In this document: positions 40,330 to 54,429 of the stretch, piece by piece
Numbering within the stretch: position 1 is the first letter of the stretch
Layout of the letters: each line of letters starts with the position of its first letter
Assembly: GCF_964204645.1 (NCBI RefSeq)
Contig: NC_134026.1
Span: forward strand, 8,517,950-8,581,949
Source of the DNA: Tubulanus polymorphus
Lineage: Eukaryota > Animalia > Nemertea
Direction of reading: 5' to 3'
DNA length: 64,000 bases
Translations under genes and position numbers: made by a program
Notes under the pieces: generated by a model
What the model was told of the DNA's origin: nothing
What the model saw: only the letters and a program-made list of their open reading frames with translations
Database searches by the model: none

Positions 40330-41795
40330 ACCCACATGGGCCTAATACAACGGGCTTTTGCGTTGACTTTTCGTCCGTTGCCCATCCTTCTGTCCGTGGA
40401 ATTCAGTTATTTTGGGAAATTTTGAAGACGCTTCGATGGATTGTCGATGTTTAGTTTATGAGGGGGCGTTGAACAGTTCAACTGTCAGTTGTCAAGTATT
40501 TCACAAAGTGGGAATGGTGTTCCCAGACCGCTATCAAACGAACATGACTCAGGTAAAAAGGCAAATCAAATCTTTAATTTTCTAAAAAATTCAACTCAGC
40601 GGATTGAAATATGAAAATGTATTTTCAAGTGATTAAGTAATAAGCAAAGCCACTCAAAAGGCAGGGGTGGCAAAGATGTTGCGTGAAATCAATTCAATCT
40701 GTTATTGGAGTTTTGGAGTACAAACGGAAGGACGTGGCACATTGCCTATCGGACATGGCACATTGCACTTTCAACAAAAGCTGATTATTTCATTACACTG
40801 TTTCTTTGGGTAAACCAGGGATTCCAAAACAGTTATTCTCAATAAGCTGTCATACCACCATATTCGACGAGCTGTTCATTCTCTAAACTCACAGCCGTTA
40901 GCACGTAACTCTCAGTATAGAATATCCCAATCTTTCAGTGATTATGCATCTGCATCGCAGTCAGCTTACCCCATTTACCTCTAAACTAAAATGTCCTAGT
41001 ACATTATCGAAATCCGACACGCATAGCCCAGTTTCGTGTAAGATGTTTGATTTGCCGTAAGATTACACGAAATGATTCATCATTAAAGGGAATCCGACGC
41101 ATTTCAAGTATCCGAGCTCTGCTGCCAGAGCAAATTGTAACACACGCCGAACCAGTACGGAGCCCCAATTTCAACGATGCTCAAAGCGTCTGAACAAACT
41201 ACCCATCAAAGGGCTTAGCACCAACAACAAGCGACTTTAAGCGACATTAACGAATTCAAAATGCTCAGAGCATTTGAAATACTGATAACTAAGAGACCTA
41301 TCTAGTTGGCTATCACGTCAGCCTGTTATATAGATATGCAGTTAGTAATACATCTATGAAGATATGATTTTGCTGTGGTCAACTTCGTAGGATTCGCCCG
41401 ATACAGACGATGTTCCAGAACCTTGCTCGGACCTGTCTGATCATGGCAGTCAATCCAACGCCTACGTTTAGCGAATATAGTGACTCATATCTTGGCACAT
41501 ACATTGTTTTTGAAGAATATTTCATGCATCCGGGACTTACGATGCTAAAACCCATCTTAGAAAAGTTTTCTTGACTCGGACAAGGATTATTAAGGTCATT
41601 GACGCCGGGCATCAATGTTTACTGTCCTGATAAAATGCCAATGTTTGTTGGAATTAAATTCCAGCTATCGTGGTGTTTAATATTCGTGGCATTCTAATAT
41701 CGTTGTATCGTTATCACGAAAGCCGGCAGGCATAATTCAATTAGCCCATAAGAAGCAGGGGTAAGCAATGCCTGGCTGCATGTTATGACATTCTC
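40330..41795 (+). pseudogene. Highly decayed Ty3/Gypsy pol (RT-RNaseH-integrase)
   Basis: Frame-shifted motif remnants in the correct order and roughly correct spacing: MGL, CLVY, SGLK..KCIF, FDEL..LNSQPLA, WLSRQP, FMHPGLTMLKPILEKFS, a C..KCQ-like remnant, KPAGIIQL, AWLHVMTF. Confidence 0.45.
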
Positions 41796-44700
41796 GATCC
41801 GAACATCTCATTTTCTCGTGCACTCGAGGGAAAAAGCTAAGGAGATTTCATATCTTGTCCACTTGAGTTCTTTCACCTAATCAACCAACGTAGCTGCGAG
41901 GACTGCATTCGTCGTCGGTGCGCTGATGAATATTTGGAGGTTCGCCCGCAGCCGTAGCCGGTGTGCCTGACAGGAATGTTTGCGCAAACAGCGTTTGAAC
42001 GACAGTCTGTCGAGAAGCGAACCCCCTCGGCGATCGCGTTGTAATTGGCCTGCTCGACACACACAAAAATGATGAAAATGCATCGATGGCGTTGATAGAT
42101 GAAATGCTCGGAGACTTCAAACTGTTTGTCTCCTGTATGATCGACGCTGTCATCGCGTCATCATATCCGCCCGCGATCAACCGGCGATTCTTAAGAGAGA
42201 AAGCGAGCGAAACTTATGCAGACACGAACGACAGGCAGACTTCGCCTAATTTCCCTGGCCGTAAAAACTGTCAAAACGGGGCGTGTTCTGATCGATAAAA
42301 TCGATCGACTCGTTTAGCTCGTGCATTTACGTATAACTGAGTAGTACACGGTAGTAGAAAACGCGGACGCGTTATTGCTAGCGAGAGAGTGGGGGGAATG
42401 AAATATACGCCCGTCCGCATTTGAAAGGAGTCGATACGTGAATGGAATCTAGGACCACCAGATACTCTGAGACGATGAGATTGCTGCCAGTGTCGTCTGT
42501 ATTTGAATGGTCAACAGTATAGTAGATTGGGACCGATATGAATATGACTGTCAGACGACAGTATATTTTGCCGTCGCGCACACAATGCGATGCTCTGTCC
42601 AAAATGAAATATGGCCCGTACGCTTACAATTATGTGTACATATACGAGAGACTTGACTGTCAAGTTACTGGTGACCAGAATGGCCCCCTTTACATTAGCA
42701 TATTGAATAGCGGATGATCAATGGACTCTGCGATCGATGGAATTGTCATTGAACGCGCGCATGTTCCGAAAAATGTCCGATCACCAGAGTCCGACAAAAT
42801 TCATGAATTTACTTGCGAAAAAATCGTTAGAACGTCAGCGGCTATTTGCGCTAGTGAAAATGAAATAATGCTTCCAATTCACCGGGTAAAGATTAGAGCT
42901 TAGCTTAGAACTTAGTGCAGAAGTCATACTGATTAGTTATTTTACCAACATAGGGTGACTTTGGCCATATCCTATCAAAGCCGAACCATAAGGCCGCAGG
43001 AAGAGTATAGAAGGGTTAGCGCAATCAACCGCTTGCTGGCTCAAGTTAGATCGGTTTAAACAAAATAGTATGCACATTCTCCGGATCTTCGATTTCCGGC
43101 AAGTGCTGCTGTTTTGTAAGAAGGTACATACCAAATATCGAGGCTAAAATAAAATGAAATCAATCGATGAAATAAGTAAGAATTGGCCAATCATCCCTAT
43201 TTCAAGATATAACATAAACATATACAAATATATACGTAGACTGTATACTGAGAGAAGGCTGCCACGAAGAAATCATCTCAGGGAACGAAAAAATAAGCCC
43301 CCAAGAAGAGAGTAAGCCGCAGCCAGCAAGCATGAATGAATGAACACCGATTAAATGAAAGCCGGTTGCGATGTCGATGCATTCATGCGTGAGAGGAAAC
43401 CAACGTCGGGGATGGTGGTTTCAACGTGGAGAAGAGCAGTCAATTTGTACTGTCGGATAGACTTGCTCGCGCTATCTCGGACGGACGGCTTGCTGTGAGC
43501 AGTGTTTGCAAAGTGAAATGTCTGATCATATCAGCCGAACCACTCGTATACCTGTTCTCGATAATCCTAAACGCAATCTCTCTTTCGCAATATCTCTCAT
43601 CGTAAATTCCAAATGTCAAACATGCCGGGCTTTGAAACGCGTTTTAGTTCTATACGCACGCACGTAAACACGAAATAAAAAATGACAACGTTGTACGTAT
43701 AGTTTTATTCTCGAGAAATCTATCGAGCGTCGACATGATGCACTAAAGATGCGATTATCGAGGAATGTTGTTGATATGTTTTCGTCGATTCTGAAAGAAC
43801 GTCCTTCTTAACTTCACCAGACGATAAACAAGATGGGCTCGAAACCGTACGTTTTGCAAAAATAACCAACATGTTCGGACAGAAGCGTGCTTGTGTTGTT
43901 AGAAAAAAGGACATTTTGTCTCGCATTAAAGAAAGGTCATAGACATCATTTATGGTAATTGGCTATCAAAACGCCATTAGGTAAAGTCTACGATATAAAT
44001 GACCTACATTCTGATTTCTTTCTACCCGCTAACCCTAATTTTTGCCGATCCGATGTGGACCACCGTGCTACAAGCTATCTCACAAGCTGGCGTACGTATG
44101 AAGGACAACTGAATCAAAATCTAGTTCTTTTCAATCAACTTTTCATCTAGATCGAAAATTCTGAAAAGCTCAGATGACTACATACTACGTAGATATATAT
44201 ATTGATTCTAAAAATTTCAAAAATGTGAATAAAAATGAAACAAGCGTTCTTCAAGTTTAATTATCTGGAAGACCTATCAGAGTTCTTTATGATCACTGGC
44301 ACGCATTATTACAGTGAATATACATAATAAATAAGTAACACGCTGTATCAAGGAAAAGGTAAATATGAGCCGATTCGATTGATATTTCTATTTCGTTTCT
44401 ACCTTAATCCAATCCATAGATATTATGAACGAAACGAAAAAAAAAGAATCGAAAAAATACGGAGAAGAAATTTTACCATGCGGACTCGGTGGGTACCCGA
44501 AAACATGGCGCCCGGAAACTGTTAAGTTGCTCATCATCCAACCAAGGATCTACAAGGTAAACAAACAATCCTTTGCCTTTCGAAACCCTGCCTTTCAGTT
44601 TATGCTGAAATGAGTGTGATTTCTTTTTTTCTAACAGTAATCTTATTTACGACTGTGTGGAAGAGGTATATTGCAAACAATTCTGACGAATTGAGTAAAG

Positions 44701-45433
44701 GGCACAGGGGTGATAGATGTTCATTCAACCTTACATCAATAAGATGACATAAGAGAGAGTACGGGGCAATCTCCCAAAGCACACCGCTAAAATCCAAGTG
44801 AGTTTCTCAATTATGAACTTTGATTGAAACGAAAATTTCTGTAATTTTGACCACCGCTATATCTGTACTTCGATTTTCTATTTCAAAATCAAACCCCCTG
44901 TTTCGCTTCCAGAGTGGGTTTGTTAGGCAGCAGGTGTAGATTGGGTTTGTAAGGGACACCAAACCGTGAAATGAAACGTAATCTACCAATCAAAATAAAT
45001 AACAGAGTCAATCCCTATTCTATGATCGAAAAATCCAAGTAAGTCCAACATAAAACAATGTAGCCAGGGCCTCTCCCAAAGCTTCATACAAAAACCTACA
45101 TGAGTCTAAAACTCAATGCGCAGTAGCAGGCGGGGATTATCGTGTGTGAACGATGCTGCAGTTTCCACATGCATTAGAAATTCTGAATTGCTGTTGAAAT
45201 ACGCCGAGTGTTTCGAAATTAATGATACTTGAAAAACATCCGTAGCCCTACTTGACCTTTTACAACAAAGAACGATGCGATGAACTTCATCTGGACTTTC
45301 ATTTTGATGTTTAGCCTTCTCGCGCACAAAAAAAAAACGTTAGGGATGTATCTCGATAAATTCGGATCGATCTTCAAGCATCATATAATATATAACGCGA
45401 TTAATGTTCATCATTCATAGAATTTGAGAAACT

Positions 45434-45755
45434 ACATCCTCCCACGGCAGGGATTCGAACCTGATGGCATACGGCACGAACCCCTGCCACAGTAGAACGG
45501 GTGCGCAGGTACATGCGCAGCTTTGCCGCGCGTAAACTTGCGGCACCAATCAGATTGCTCGTTGTATAATCGCTGAGGTAAATTTCACGGAAGAACTATG
45601 GAAAACTCTGGCTAAAATTGAACGGAATATCTGATTGGCTAAAAATGACATCATCTACGCTGCGCATGTAGCTGCCCACTCGGTCTAGTGTGGCAGGGTT
45701 TCCTACCATGGCAATCTCGATGCCGTTAGGTTCGAATCCCTACCGGGGGAGGATG
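45434..45755. mobile_element. MITE family A, full copy inverted relative to 500-809
   Basis: TA|CATCCTCCCACGGCAGGGATTCGAACC...GGTTCGAATCCCTACCGGGGGAGGATG. Confidence 0.85.
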
Positions 45756-47006
45756 GGAAATTAGGGATAGACTCTAGTAGAGTCTGGGAAGAAATATCGT
45801 TGTCAGCCTTCCGAAAGCATACTATGGGGAACCACAACACCAGGAAAATGGCGTAACAAGGACTCAATCTTAACGTTGTAAAAATAAGTCCATTATAAAT
45901 GAACTTTGAGCGGAATTTTAGGGACCCGAATCCATACATTTATCACGTAACCCACCAAATATACATTCGATTCATTTTCTCTACTCAGTGATTCATATAG
46001 TCTTTGTCAATAATTGATTTATTCAAGATTCATTCAAGATTCAATTGATTCATTCGAATTTAACCGAGGAATCGTGTCGAAGAAATTAGACGCAGAAGAC
46101 TCAGTAACTACTAGCGAACCTGGCGGATCGTCACATGCCATAGATTTAATACTCGATTGCCACAGTAGCGTTTGAGTAGCGTCATTGCCGCAAAATGTGA
46201 ACCCTCGCTTGCCTCCAACGCCAAATCATCGGCTGCAATAGTCGAATACGGAGTAGTCCTCATTATCGGACAACGTTTAGTAAAACATTATACGTTCATC
46301 TTGCACGGCTCGACAAAGCGTGTGGATTTCAGTTATTGCGAGATGTTCGCTTCCTAATTTATACGAAACATCGAACACATCAATGAAACTTGTATGAATG
46401 GGCTATTAAACAGAATCGGGGAAATGCCTCCGGTAAAAACCGATGGCAACGGTTCCTCTTACGCGTCTTATCTCCGACAAAAACCCAGTGTTCAATTCAT
46501 TACAATGAAAACACTGCGCGTTCTCGCGTTAATGTCATCTCTTCGGGAAGTCTCGGCTGCCGCTATCAGTAAAGCTCCCATTAAAAAAAAACGCTGGAAT
46601 GACTGGCATTCGGAAGAGAGAACGTGAATTATACGAGATATGAAGGGAAATTAAAATATCTAAACGAAGATAAGGATGACTACGTCGTTCAGAGATTGAA
46701 GATGTCACTCTCGAGATGATATCCACGCGCTATTTTCCGTACGTATAGATAGCGCGGGATGAGCAGTGAAGCGGCGTCGCGCTCTTGTCAATCAAAGCGG
46801 ATCGACGATTGGCGAGCGCACGCACGCTGCGCAGTCACGCTGGCAGAGCGGGTCCGTATCGCACGCGATATCATCTCTAATTTACAAACCTGCGATTTGT
46901 AACCGCGGCGGCGTCGAGGACGCAAGACCGTGTCGTGGGTGACATCGCGTTTTACGCTATTCCGGCTTCGTGAGAAATGGAAACACGCGAGCCGTGTTTT
47001 ATCGTG

Positions 47007-47550
47007 CTCCCCCGGCAGGGATTCGAACCTGATGACATCGAGACTCGCCACGGTACGAAACCCTGGGCGATTTTCATGTTAGTCGACTATAGTCGAACTA
47101 AACAAGACCGAATGTCCGTAAGTCGGAACTATGGTCCGGAAATGGCCGACTACGGGATTGAGCGCGGTCGCTGTAGTTCCGACACATTTCCAAGATGGTC
47201 GACACTGTGAAATACGTTACGACCGAACTATAGTGCGTTCGGTTATTAGTTCCGACCACTAGTCGACTAGCTACGAAAATCGAAGTTGGCCCTGGTGACT
47301 AGCGCAGCTACATACGCAGCTTAGGCCACCTTCGGTTATCCGAGGTAGTCGAACTGAACGAAACCGAATGTCCGTTAGTCGGAACTATTCCGGAAATAGT
47401 TCGAAAATCAAGCGCATTCGGTTATTAGTTCCGACGACTAGCTACGAAAATCGAATTAAGCCCTGGATGATGTAATTTTTAGCCAATCAGAAATCCTGTT
47501 TCATTCTAGCCCGGGTTTTTCCATTCATAGCGCTTCCATGAAATTTGCCT
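47007..47550. mobile_element. MITE family A partial copy carrying two nested insertions of a second MITE family
   Basis: Family A sequence at 47007-47065, 47296-47323 and 47467-47550. Inserts at about 47065-47292 and 47323-47463 have GGGCCAACTTCGATTTTCGTAGCTAGTCG-type TIRs ending at CTG. Confidence 0.75.
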
Positions 47551-47649
47551 TATTGTTTTTGGTGAGGTGTATACGGAAAACATCGATTACGATTCAATAC
47601 ATGTAACAGCACCAAACCGAAACATGTCTGGAATACAACAATAAAGAAG

Positions 47650-48860
47650 TTTCCAGTTACTGGAAATAGAAACTATCCTAATGCGATAGATATCTTGTTG
47701 TAGTCTTCATTGTAGTTTTTTTTTCTTTTGTTACAGTAAAAAGAACATATTTCACCCTCTTTGTTGTCTTTGGTGGTTTTCAGGGAATTACTCTGAAGGA
47801 TTTAGAAGGATATCTCCTTGGCATAGTTCTTGGTCTTAACTTCACTCACCTCACTTAATCTGGATCAATTCAACCGATTTCGAACTAATTTGTACATAAG
47901 TTATACTATTCCAATTGTACCAAGGAATCTATGGAATGCAATTTTCAATCAACTGAATAGATTGCATTGGATATGAATATTTGTAGCTTATAAAACCCAA
48001 ATATTAATAAAACTGTTCGTTTTCTGAAAAACTCATGTCGTATGAATGACCCCATTTGTTACTTTTAAAAGTCAAAATTAAGTGTGAGTCAGTCAATTTA
48101 TAGTTTCAATCTCCCTCTTCTCAATTATTTACTATTTCTAGTATTTAAATGCTTTGTTTTCCGTCATCTGTACAACTTGTATGTATCATGATTACTTGTC
48201 ATAGAATAAATATTTCTCTGACAATAAAGTTTGTTAAATTTAAATGGTTTGATGTAAGTCGGCTCAATGAAGAAAGGACAATGCTTTGCGTAATGGTTCA
48301 CATTTAAGTTCAAATTTACTCCGCAGAAAGCATATGATAGGCTATACATATAGAGATTAGAGGAGAGAAAATAAAAGAGGAATATTGGAATATAGGATTT
48401 ATAGAGGGAAAAATCAAACAATAAAATTTACAATGTTTTCAACAAGCATAATTATGAAAAGAGCGCGAGGAAAGTAGCTTTCTGTGTGGGTCAACCAAGG
48501 CCTCCGCTGCAAGGACCCAGTTAAAAAGGGGAAGTAAATTGAAATGAAAGGTCGGGAAAAGAAATGATAATTGATGAATTTCGTAAATCTAAGGAGAGTG
48601 TATGAGTAAGCTAGACAGTTCAGAAGATGGAGCTTTCATAACCAGTAAGGGTCAATACATTGATAGATATCATTGTAGGCGGAGGTGAGATAGGATCAAA
48701 GTCTACGTTTTAATTTAGTTTTCTTGTTTGTATACGATCTCGATGGAAAAAGTAGTCTTTGCCAGATGTTTGAAAGAATATTTTGAGATCAATTTTGATG
48801 TGGGGGCTTTTGGTATTTGTTTTGAAAATAAAGAATATGCGTGGTCTGATTGAATGTTAT
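47650..48860 (-). pseudogene. Possible decayed Gypsy integrase region
   Basis: CpG-poor block; minus-strand remnants PKAPT, VDFDPISPP...VLTLTGY, KWGHSY and LRPR occur in integrase-like order. Confidence 0.25.
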
Positions 48861-48903
48861 TTTGAATGTTGACAAATCGGTAATTCGTTTTTGGCTGATC
48901 ATT

Positions 48904-49253
48904 AGTCGCGGTTACGCGAGCGTTTTTGGCCCAGGCCAAATTTGGCACTTGCACATTACTGTTGGTGAACAACACTGTTCACACGGATGCCAAATGGGCC
49001 CGTGTCTATGGGCCCGACCAAAAACATCGGACCAGGCCTGAGCCAAATTTTTGGCACGGGACAAATTAATGATTGCGTTTGAATTGCAACTGGTTGCGGA
49101 AATGACTCACTTCGCTTTGTTTGAGCATTGTTTATCGGGTGAGTTAATAGTTCACGTGTGAGCTCGCTCTCTGATTAGGCCCGGGCCAAATTTGACTCGG
49201 GCCTGATTAGTGCCAAATGGCCTGGGCCAAATCGTCTGCGTGCGATCACAGCT
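48904..49253. mobile_element. Harbinger-like MITE, homologue of 20234-20507
   Basis: TIR-like TTTGGCCCAGGCCAAATTTGGCAC / GTGCCAAATGGCCTGGGCCAAA. Confidence 0.75.
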
Positions 49254-52200
49254 ATAATTCTGTTTACATATAACAGACGCATTTTCAGAATGACTGGTTG
49301 ACTGATATATGTATATATTCTCAGTCTTTCAAATGGATAAACGAAATCCGCAGTTGGTTATATATAGACCTATTTTTCTAGTGAATCGAGTTTTTAACTA
49401 AACCTCATCACCAGAAAAACGAAAATGTTTCGTTGTTTCGATTATCTGATGTTACGTCAGAAACGTTAGAAAAATAAATCTATATATAATCAGCTCACTT
49501 GAGGGGTTTCGTTTATTATCAGAATGATTATCGCAAAAAGGTCTACGCACCGAGTACCCCCGAGAAAACAAGTATTTACAGGGGAATTAATACTCGTAGG
49601 TCACCGTGATTTAATTAGAATGCATCTCTTCACTGAGTTGTATATCTCGGTTATTCGCGAAACTAGTAATCCTAGCTAATACAGAAAATCGTAGTAGTTC
49701 GTACGGATTTACTATTTTATAGTGAGCGGATAGAAAACAGCTGAGTGTACATGCCGAGCTACCAAACAAGGTACAGCATGAAAAAAAAATGATCTCCTAA
49801 TAATAGAACCGAACATGCGAACGTGAAAATCAAGCTGTTCTCAGCAAAAACGTGTATATGTTATACGGTGCTTTGTGGTTGAGTAGGTTTCCTCTCAAAA
49901 ATTTCAAAATATGCAATGTCCTTCGAGTTGAAGATTACGGTTCTACGATGGACGACGATATCTTTCTTCTACGGACATGCCATGAACTAAACGAAGGTCC
50001 GTGGTTCCAGCTCAGAGTACTTAAATCTTGATATTATGTTAGTAACCAAACCATACTTTTGGAAACAGTCAGAATTGTCAAATATTTGAACTAAACTGGC
50101 CGATGAATCTGTGGAATTTGCATAGAAGCTAGTAAATGGTATGGTATATATTTAAGGTATTTTTCACGAACTGGCCCACTAGACTTATATATGGACTGAA
50201 CTGGGATTCGATTTACGATTTAACTGAAGTTGGAGTATAGATGGTACATATCTTCGAAGTGGTTACATGATGTGGCCCACGTCCTGGCAATGTGCCCGTA
50301 AGTTGAAAAATGTAATTTAGTTATAATTCATTTGATGACAGTCATCGAGAATTTGCTTATGTATAACCAACAGAATTAATACTGATTGATTTGAACCTAT
50401 GCCCTTTATTTAAGAAAAAGTAAGTCGACCAGTTTTGAACTGTTCAATTTTCAAACGTTTTCCAAACTCCCTCTAGAGCCAAGCTAAAGCTAAAATTTTA
50501 AGAGCATCAATGCGTATAAAGACTCCCAAAACTGAAGATCAAATCTAGATAAGCGATGATTCTGAAGAGGATGTTCATGTAAGACATTTCGCTCAAGTGA
50601 AAGGATAAACCACTAACAAACTGCTGACTTACTAGAATAGAAAGAGGGAACTTTTTTCACGCAGCTGTTTTCTATATTTCTTGACTTCTTTTTCGAAAAA
50701 ACCAGATTGCAGAAAACATACGTATCAAATGACTGAAACTGACAAAAACACGATATATCCAGTTTTCAATTGAATTGAGCTAAAGTCGGATCATCTGAGA
50801 TGGCCGAGATAACATCATTCAATATGGAAATGCTCGTGAAAATGCCAGCGTAGAATTTGATTTCACGAGATAAAACTGCAGCAGCGCTTGTGGCAGTTGG
50901 CAATTCCTCCACTGGCAATCGACGGCCCACCAGGTGCGCTAGTATACAGTGAGAGGCGAAGAACTACATTTTATTGTTGATTGCACACTATCAGAATTTG
51001 AACTTTTTTGGTACCGTAACCTCAATATCAATATTTCAAAAATTCCAAGATCGCAGTCAGTTAGATTCATTAAAATAGGCTAAGATACACATAGATCCCT
51101 CTAATAGTCCATATATTGTAAATAGTGGATAAGATATATTGTCAGTAACTTTGTTATATTTTGAGAAAAGTTCATATCTTCCGTTTTTTTGTAAATATTA
51201 TTTATACCATGGAAATGGTTGGAGTGTGTAAATAAATTTCTCATTCCTAATTCCTATTGACAAGAACGTTCCGCAACTCGAATGTTATTAAATAATCTGT
51301 TTATGATGAAAATATAGTATCATGCTAGTTTGTATCCCTCAGTATTTCAAAATTTGAACTATATATAGTACATTTTTGGCTGAATTTATTGTGGTATTTC
51401 TTTCGTTATGTATAGTACAATTTAACCTCTCGACTATCGAGTGAGGTTTCGCCCCAGAATCCCAGGTCTCTTTGGTGAATTATGACTTGATGAAATTAAA
51501 GTGTACGACTATTGTAATCCGACATTTTGCGTTTCCTTTCGAAAGCTTACCCAATTCCGCTGATATTGGTCGCGAAACACCCCTGAAAACAGTCAATCGT
51601 GGTAGTTTCTGAGCACTTACATATACTTATGCTAACGTGGTAATCATGGCGAGTATTTCTCTACGGATAGAATAGAATAGAATAAAATGGAATGGAATAG
51701 TTTATTTCTCTCTAACCATACATTGGTATCCATAGAGGTTACAAGAATTCATACAATAGAAATTCATAATTTATAAAACTTAAAAACAACAATACAAAAA
51801 TACACATAGAACAGTATAATAATGGAGATAACAGATACGTATACATGTAATATACTTGAGGGAAACGCTCCCCGAGTGGCGCCATCTACACTCATCTACA
51901 CTCACAGCGCCCCCTTTAACCGCAGTAAACGATTATTGAACGCCTAGCAAATACTAGCGCATTTGATAATAGGCCTACGCAGCGACCGTATTCTGGTCAG
52001 TGGTAAAATGGTATATAGTTACCCTTCCGAATTTTCGGTCGTCGGTACGCAAGTGGTTAAGCGAACACCGCTTTAGAAATGCAGCATTATCTTTAATAGA
52101 CGTCATTGGACGTTCGTGTACTAATAATCAATCTAAGGTTCTGGCTCGAATCCTGGTGACGAAGGTTCTCTCGCCCCCGTAAATGGGAAAACCCTTGAAC

Positions 52201-53191
52201 TTCCCTGAGGCTATACGTAGCGTTTGTCTACAAAATGATAATATTCCCCCATCTAATGGATCTTTTTAACATATTCAAGTACCGGGGTGGTACAAAGAAA
52301 ATTACATTTGCAGCAAAAACTGTCTATTTGAACAGCCAAAAAGAAATACATTCTATACGAATCAAATCCTAATTTCAAATGCCTTCGGGCATGGTTACGA
52401 CAAAAGGTTGAAACCAACATGCATAACATTTCCAATAGACCGATTCCAAAGATTGATCTTTCTATACTTAATCAAATGCATTTTTCACGTAGTGTCAGTG
52501 TATCTTGGTTACAAGTACAATTACGATTGGAATTAAAGATACGAAAATTCGAGTCGTTAGTGTGACTCAAAAATCTAGTATCAAAGGATAGAAGTAAAGT
52601 AGAATGTGGCATGTAGCCTATGGCCCAATTCTATCTTCCTGGCTTATCAGAGTGCTCCATGTGATCACGAACAACAGGGCTAAAACTATTTCACTTTTCG
52701 ACCGCCGATCACACAAAATGTACTTCGATTTCCGAATCAAACCTCCTGTTTCGCTCTCGGCAGGCGTGGAGGGTTTTGTATGGAATACCAAATCAAAACA
52801 AATCAAACGAAATCTACCAATCAAATATGTAACAGGGTAAATCCTTATTTTAAGATCACAACTATTTCACGGACAGTATAAACCCAGCCACGAACGTTTA
52901 AACTAGATGTGACTTTAGTTTATACGTCCACGACCCAGCTAATCCTTGTAAGCATGTACATGTAAGTTTGTACATGCCTAACTTTGAGTCGCATCTTTTT
53001 ACTAAGGTATAGACTGAAGTCTCCTATTACTCATCGTATTATATAACGGTAATAATTTCGAAAGATACAGTAAGAAAGTCCTACACACTTGAAAATCGCT
53101 CATAGTAACTAGCAGTGATTATCATTTGGGTTCACCCAGTCCTGGCAGTGGTTGTCTCCAGAGAAATCTCCGTCGCTCTGCGATAGTGTAA

Positions 53192-53226
53192 CCTTGGAGT
53201 TATCATTTCAAATGATTACTCCAAGG
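53192..53226. mobile_element. 35-bp palindromic micro-element with 5-bp TSD (TGTAA)
   Basis: TGTAA|CCTTGGAGTTATCATTTCAAATGATTACTCCAAGG|TGTAA. Confidence 0.8.
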
Positions 53227-53349
53227 TGTAACCAACTGTGGAACATCAGACACTAAGGTTCTTGGTGAAAATATGGGCTGCATAAACATTCGACTATTAA
53301 TATCTTCACTATTGATTAATGATAAATGATTTATTTTCTCCACAAAAAA

Positions 53350-53545
53350 TATATAATATATAATAGAATTTTATTTTTTCTTTTTGAATTGTAATAATCG
53401 TACAAAGTAATACAAATACAAAAGTTCAAGATGGAGGGAAACGTGAAGAAACTTGTTAAGGTTTATATGATGTTCATGCCACCCTCGTACACCGAATCAC
53501 ATTCTCTTTCACACCACATTCACACAGAAAATATTTAAGTGCCAG
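53350..53545 (-). mobile_element. Extremely 5'-truncated LINE (3' UTR only), same family as 56592-57763
   Basis: 53382-53545 aligns closely to 56620-56783 in the same orientation. Confidence 0.85.
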
Positions 53546-54429
53546 GTGACTTTTATAATTAACAAAATATGTAAGATAATTGATTTACAATATGGAATTC
53601 TAATACTAATTCTCCAAAATATCACTGCTGTCAATGTTGTTGCGTTCGAAAACCCGAGAATCCCAAGCGCATATCAACATTCCATTTTCTTTAAAATGGT
53701 GTATATATTAAGTCTATCAAGCAAGAAAGAGACCGCAGAGCTAATTTACATCGAATCAAAACTTATGTTTCAAAAAAGATTGAAGATTATGGCAACAATG
53801 GCGACCTCGGGTGACCGCCACAATAAAAATGGCGCCTAGAAACTGGAAACTTCTTTATTGTAGATTTTTATTCGGCAATTTTATTTAACCGAGTTTGTTA
53901 CAATCATCACTGTTTCAATCTCTGTTACAATCTCTGTAAACGTGAATAAAATAGTCATATCGTTAAAATGTAGGCGTCAACCTGGGTTCACGTTCCCAAG
54001 AAGAAATGACGAATGGACATTCTCCTATTCATTTTGCAAATGAATCAAATATTTAGACTCGAGGAACTGATCTATCATGTATAGTAAATCGTATTGTATT
54101 CGCGGCAATAAAACGAGGCGGTCTTTAGAGGGTGGCGCGCGCGGTGCCGCTGCCGCATCCGACTGTATCATATCTAGAATGTACCACGCGCGGGCCCTTT
54201 TACCCCGCACTCATCTATCAAACGCGCGAACATGCTCAAACGCCAGTCGCCGAGAATGATGAGTTATTCCTGTGGGGGACACGTAGATTTCGCGATTTAA
54301 TTGATGAGCAACAAAAATTAATGACTGCTGCGCATTTTGACACATCGCAGAGCGCGTATTTTCAACGATATAATACAACGCGATATTAAAGCCTCGCGAT
54401 TAAGAGCCCCGTTTTTAGTTCTTCCACCC

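Noticed and set aside
48941-48957. TTTGGCACTTGCACATT resembling miR-96
   Set aside because: It overlaps a MITE terminal repeat, and no pre-miRNA hairpin partner is evident.
52037-52162. Intron-containing tRNA (AGTGGTTAAG ... GGCTCGAATCC)
   Set aside because: The stems do not pair and the B-box is imperfect; at most an interrupted SINE head.
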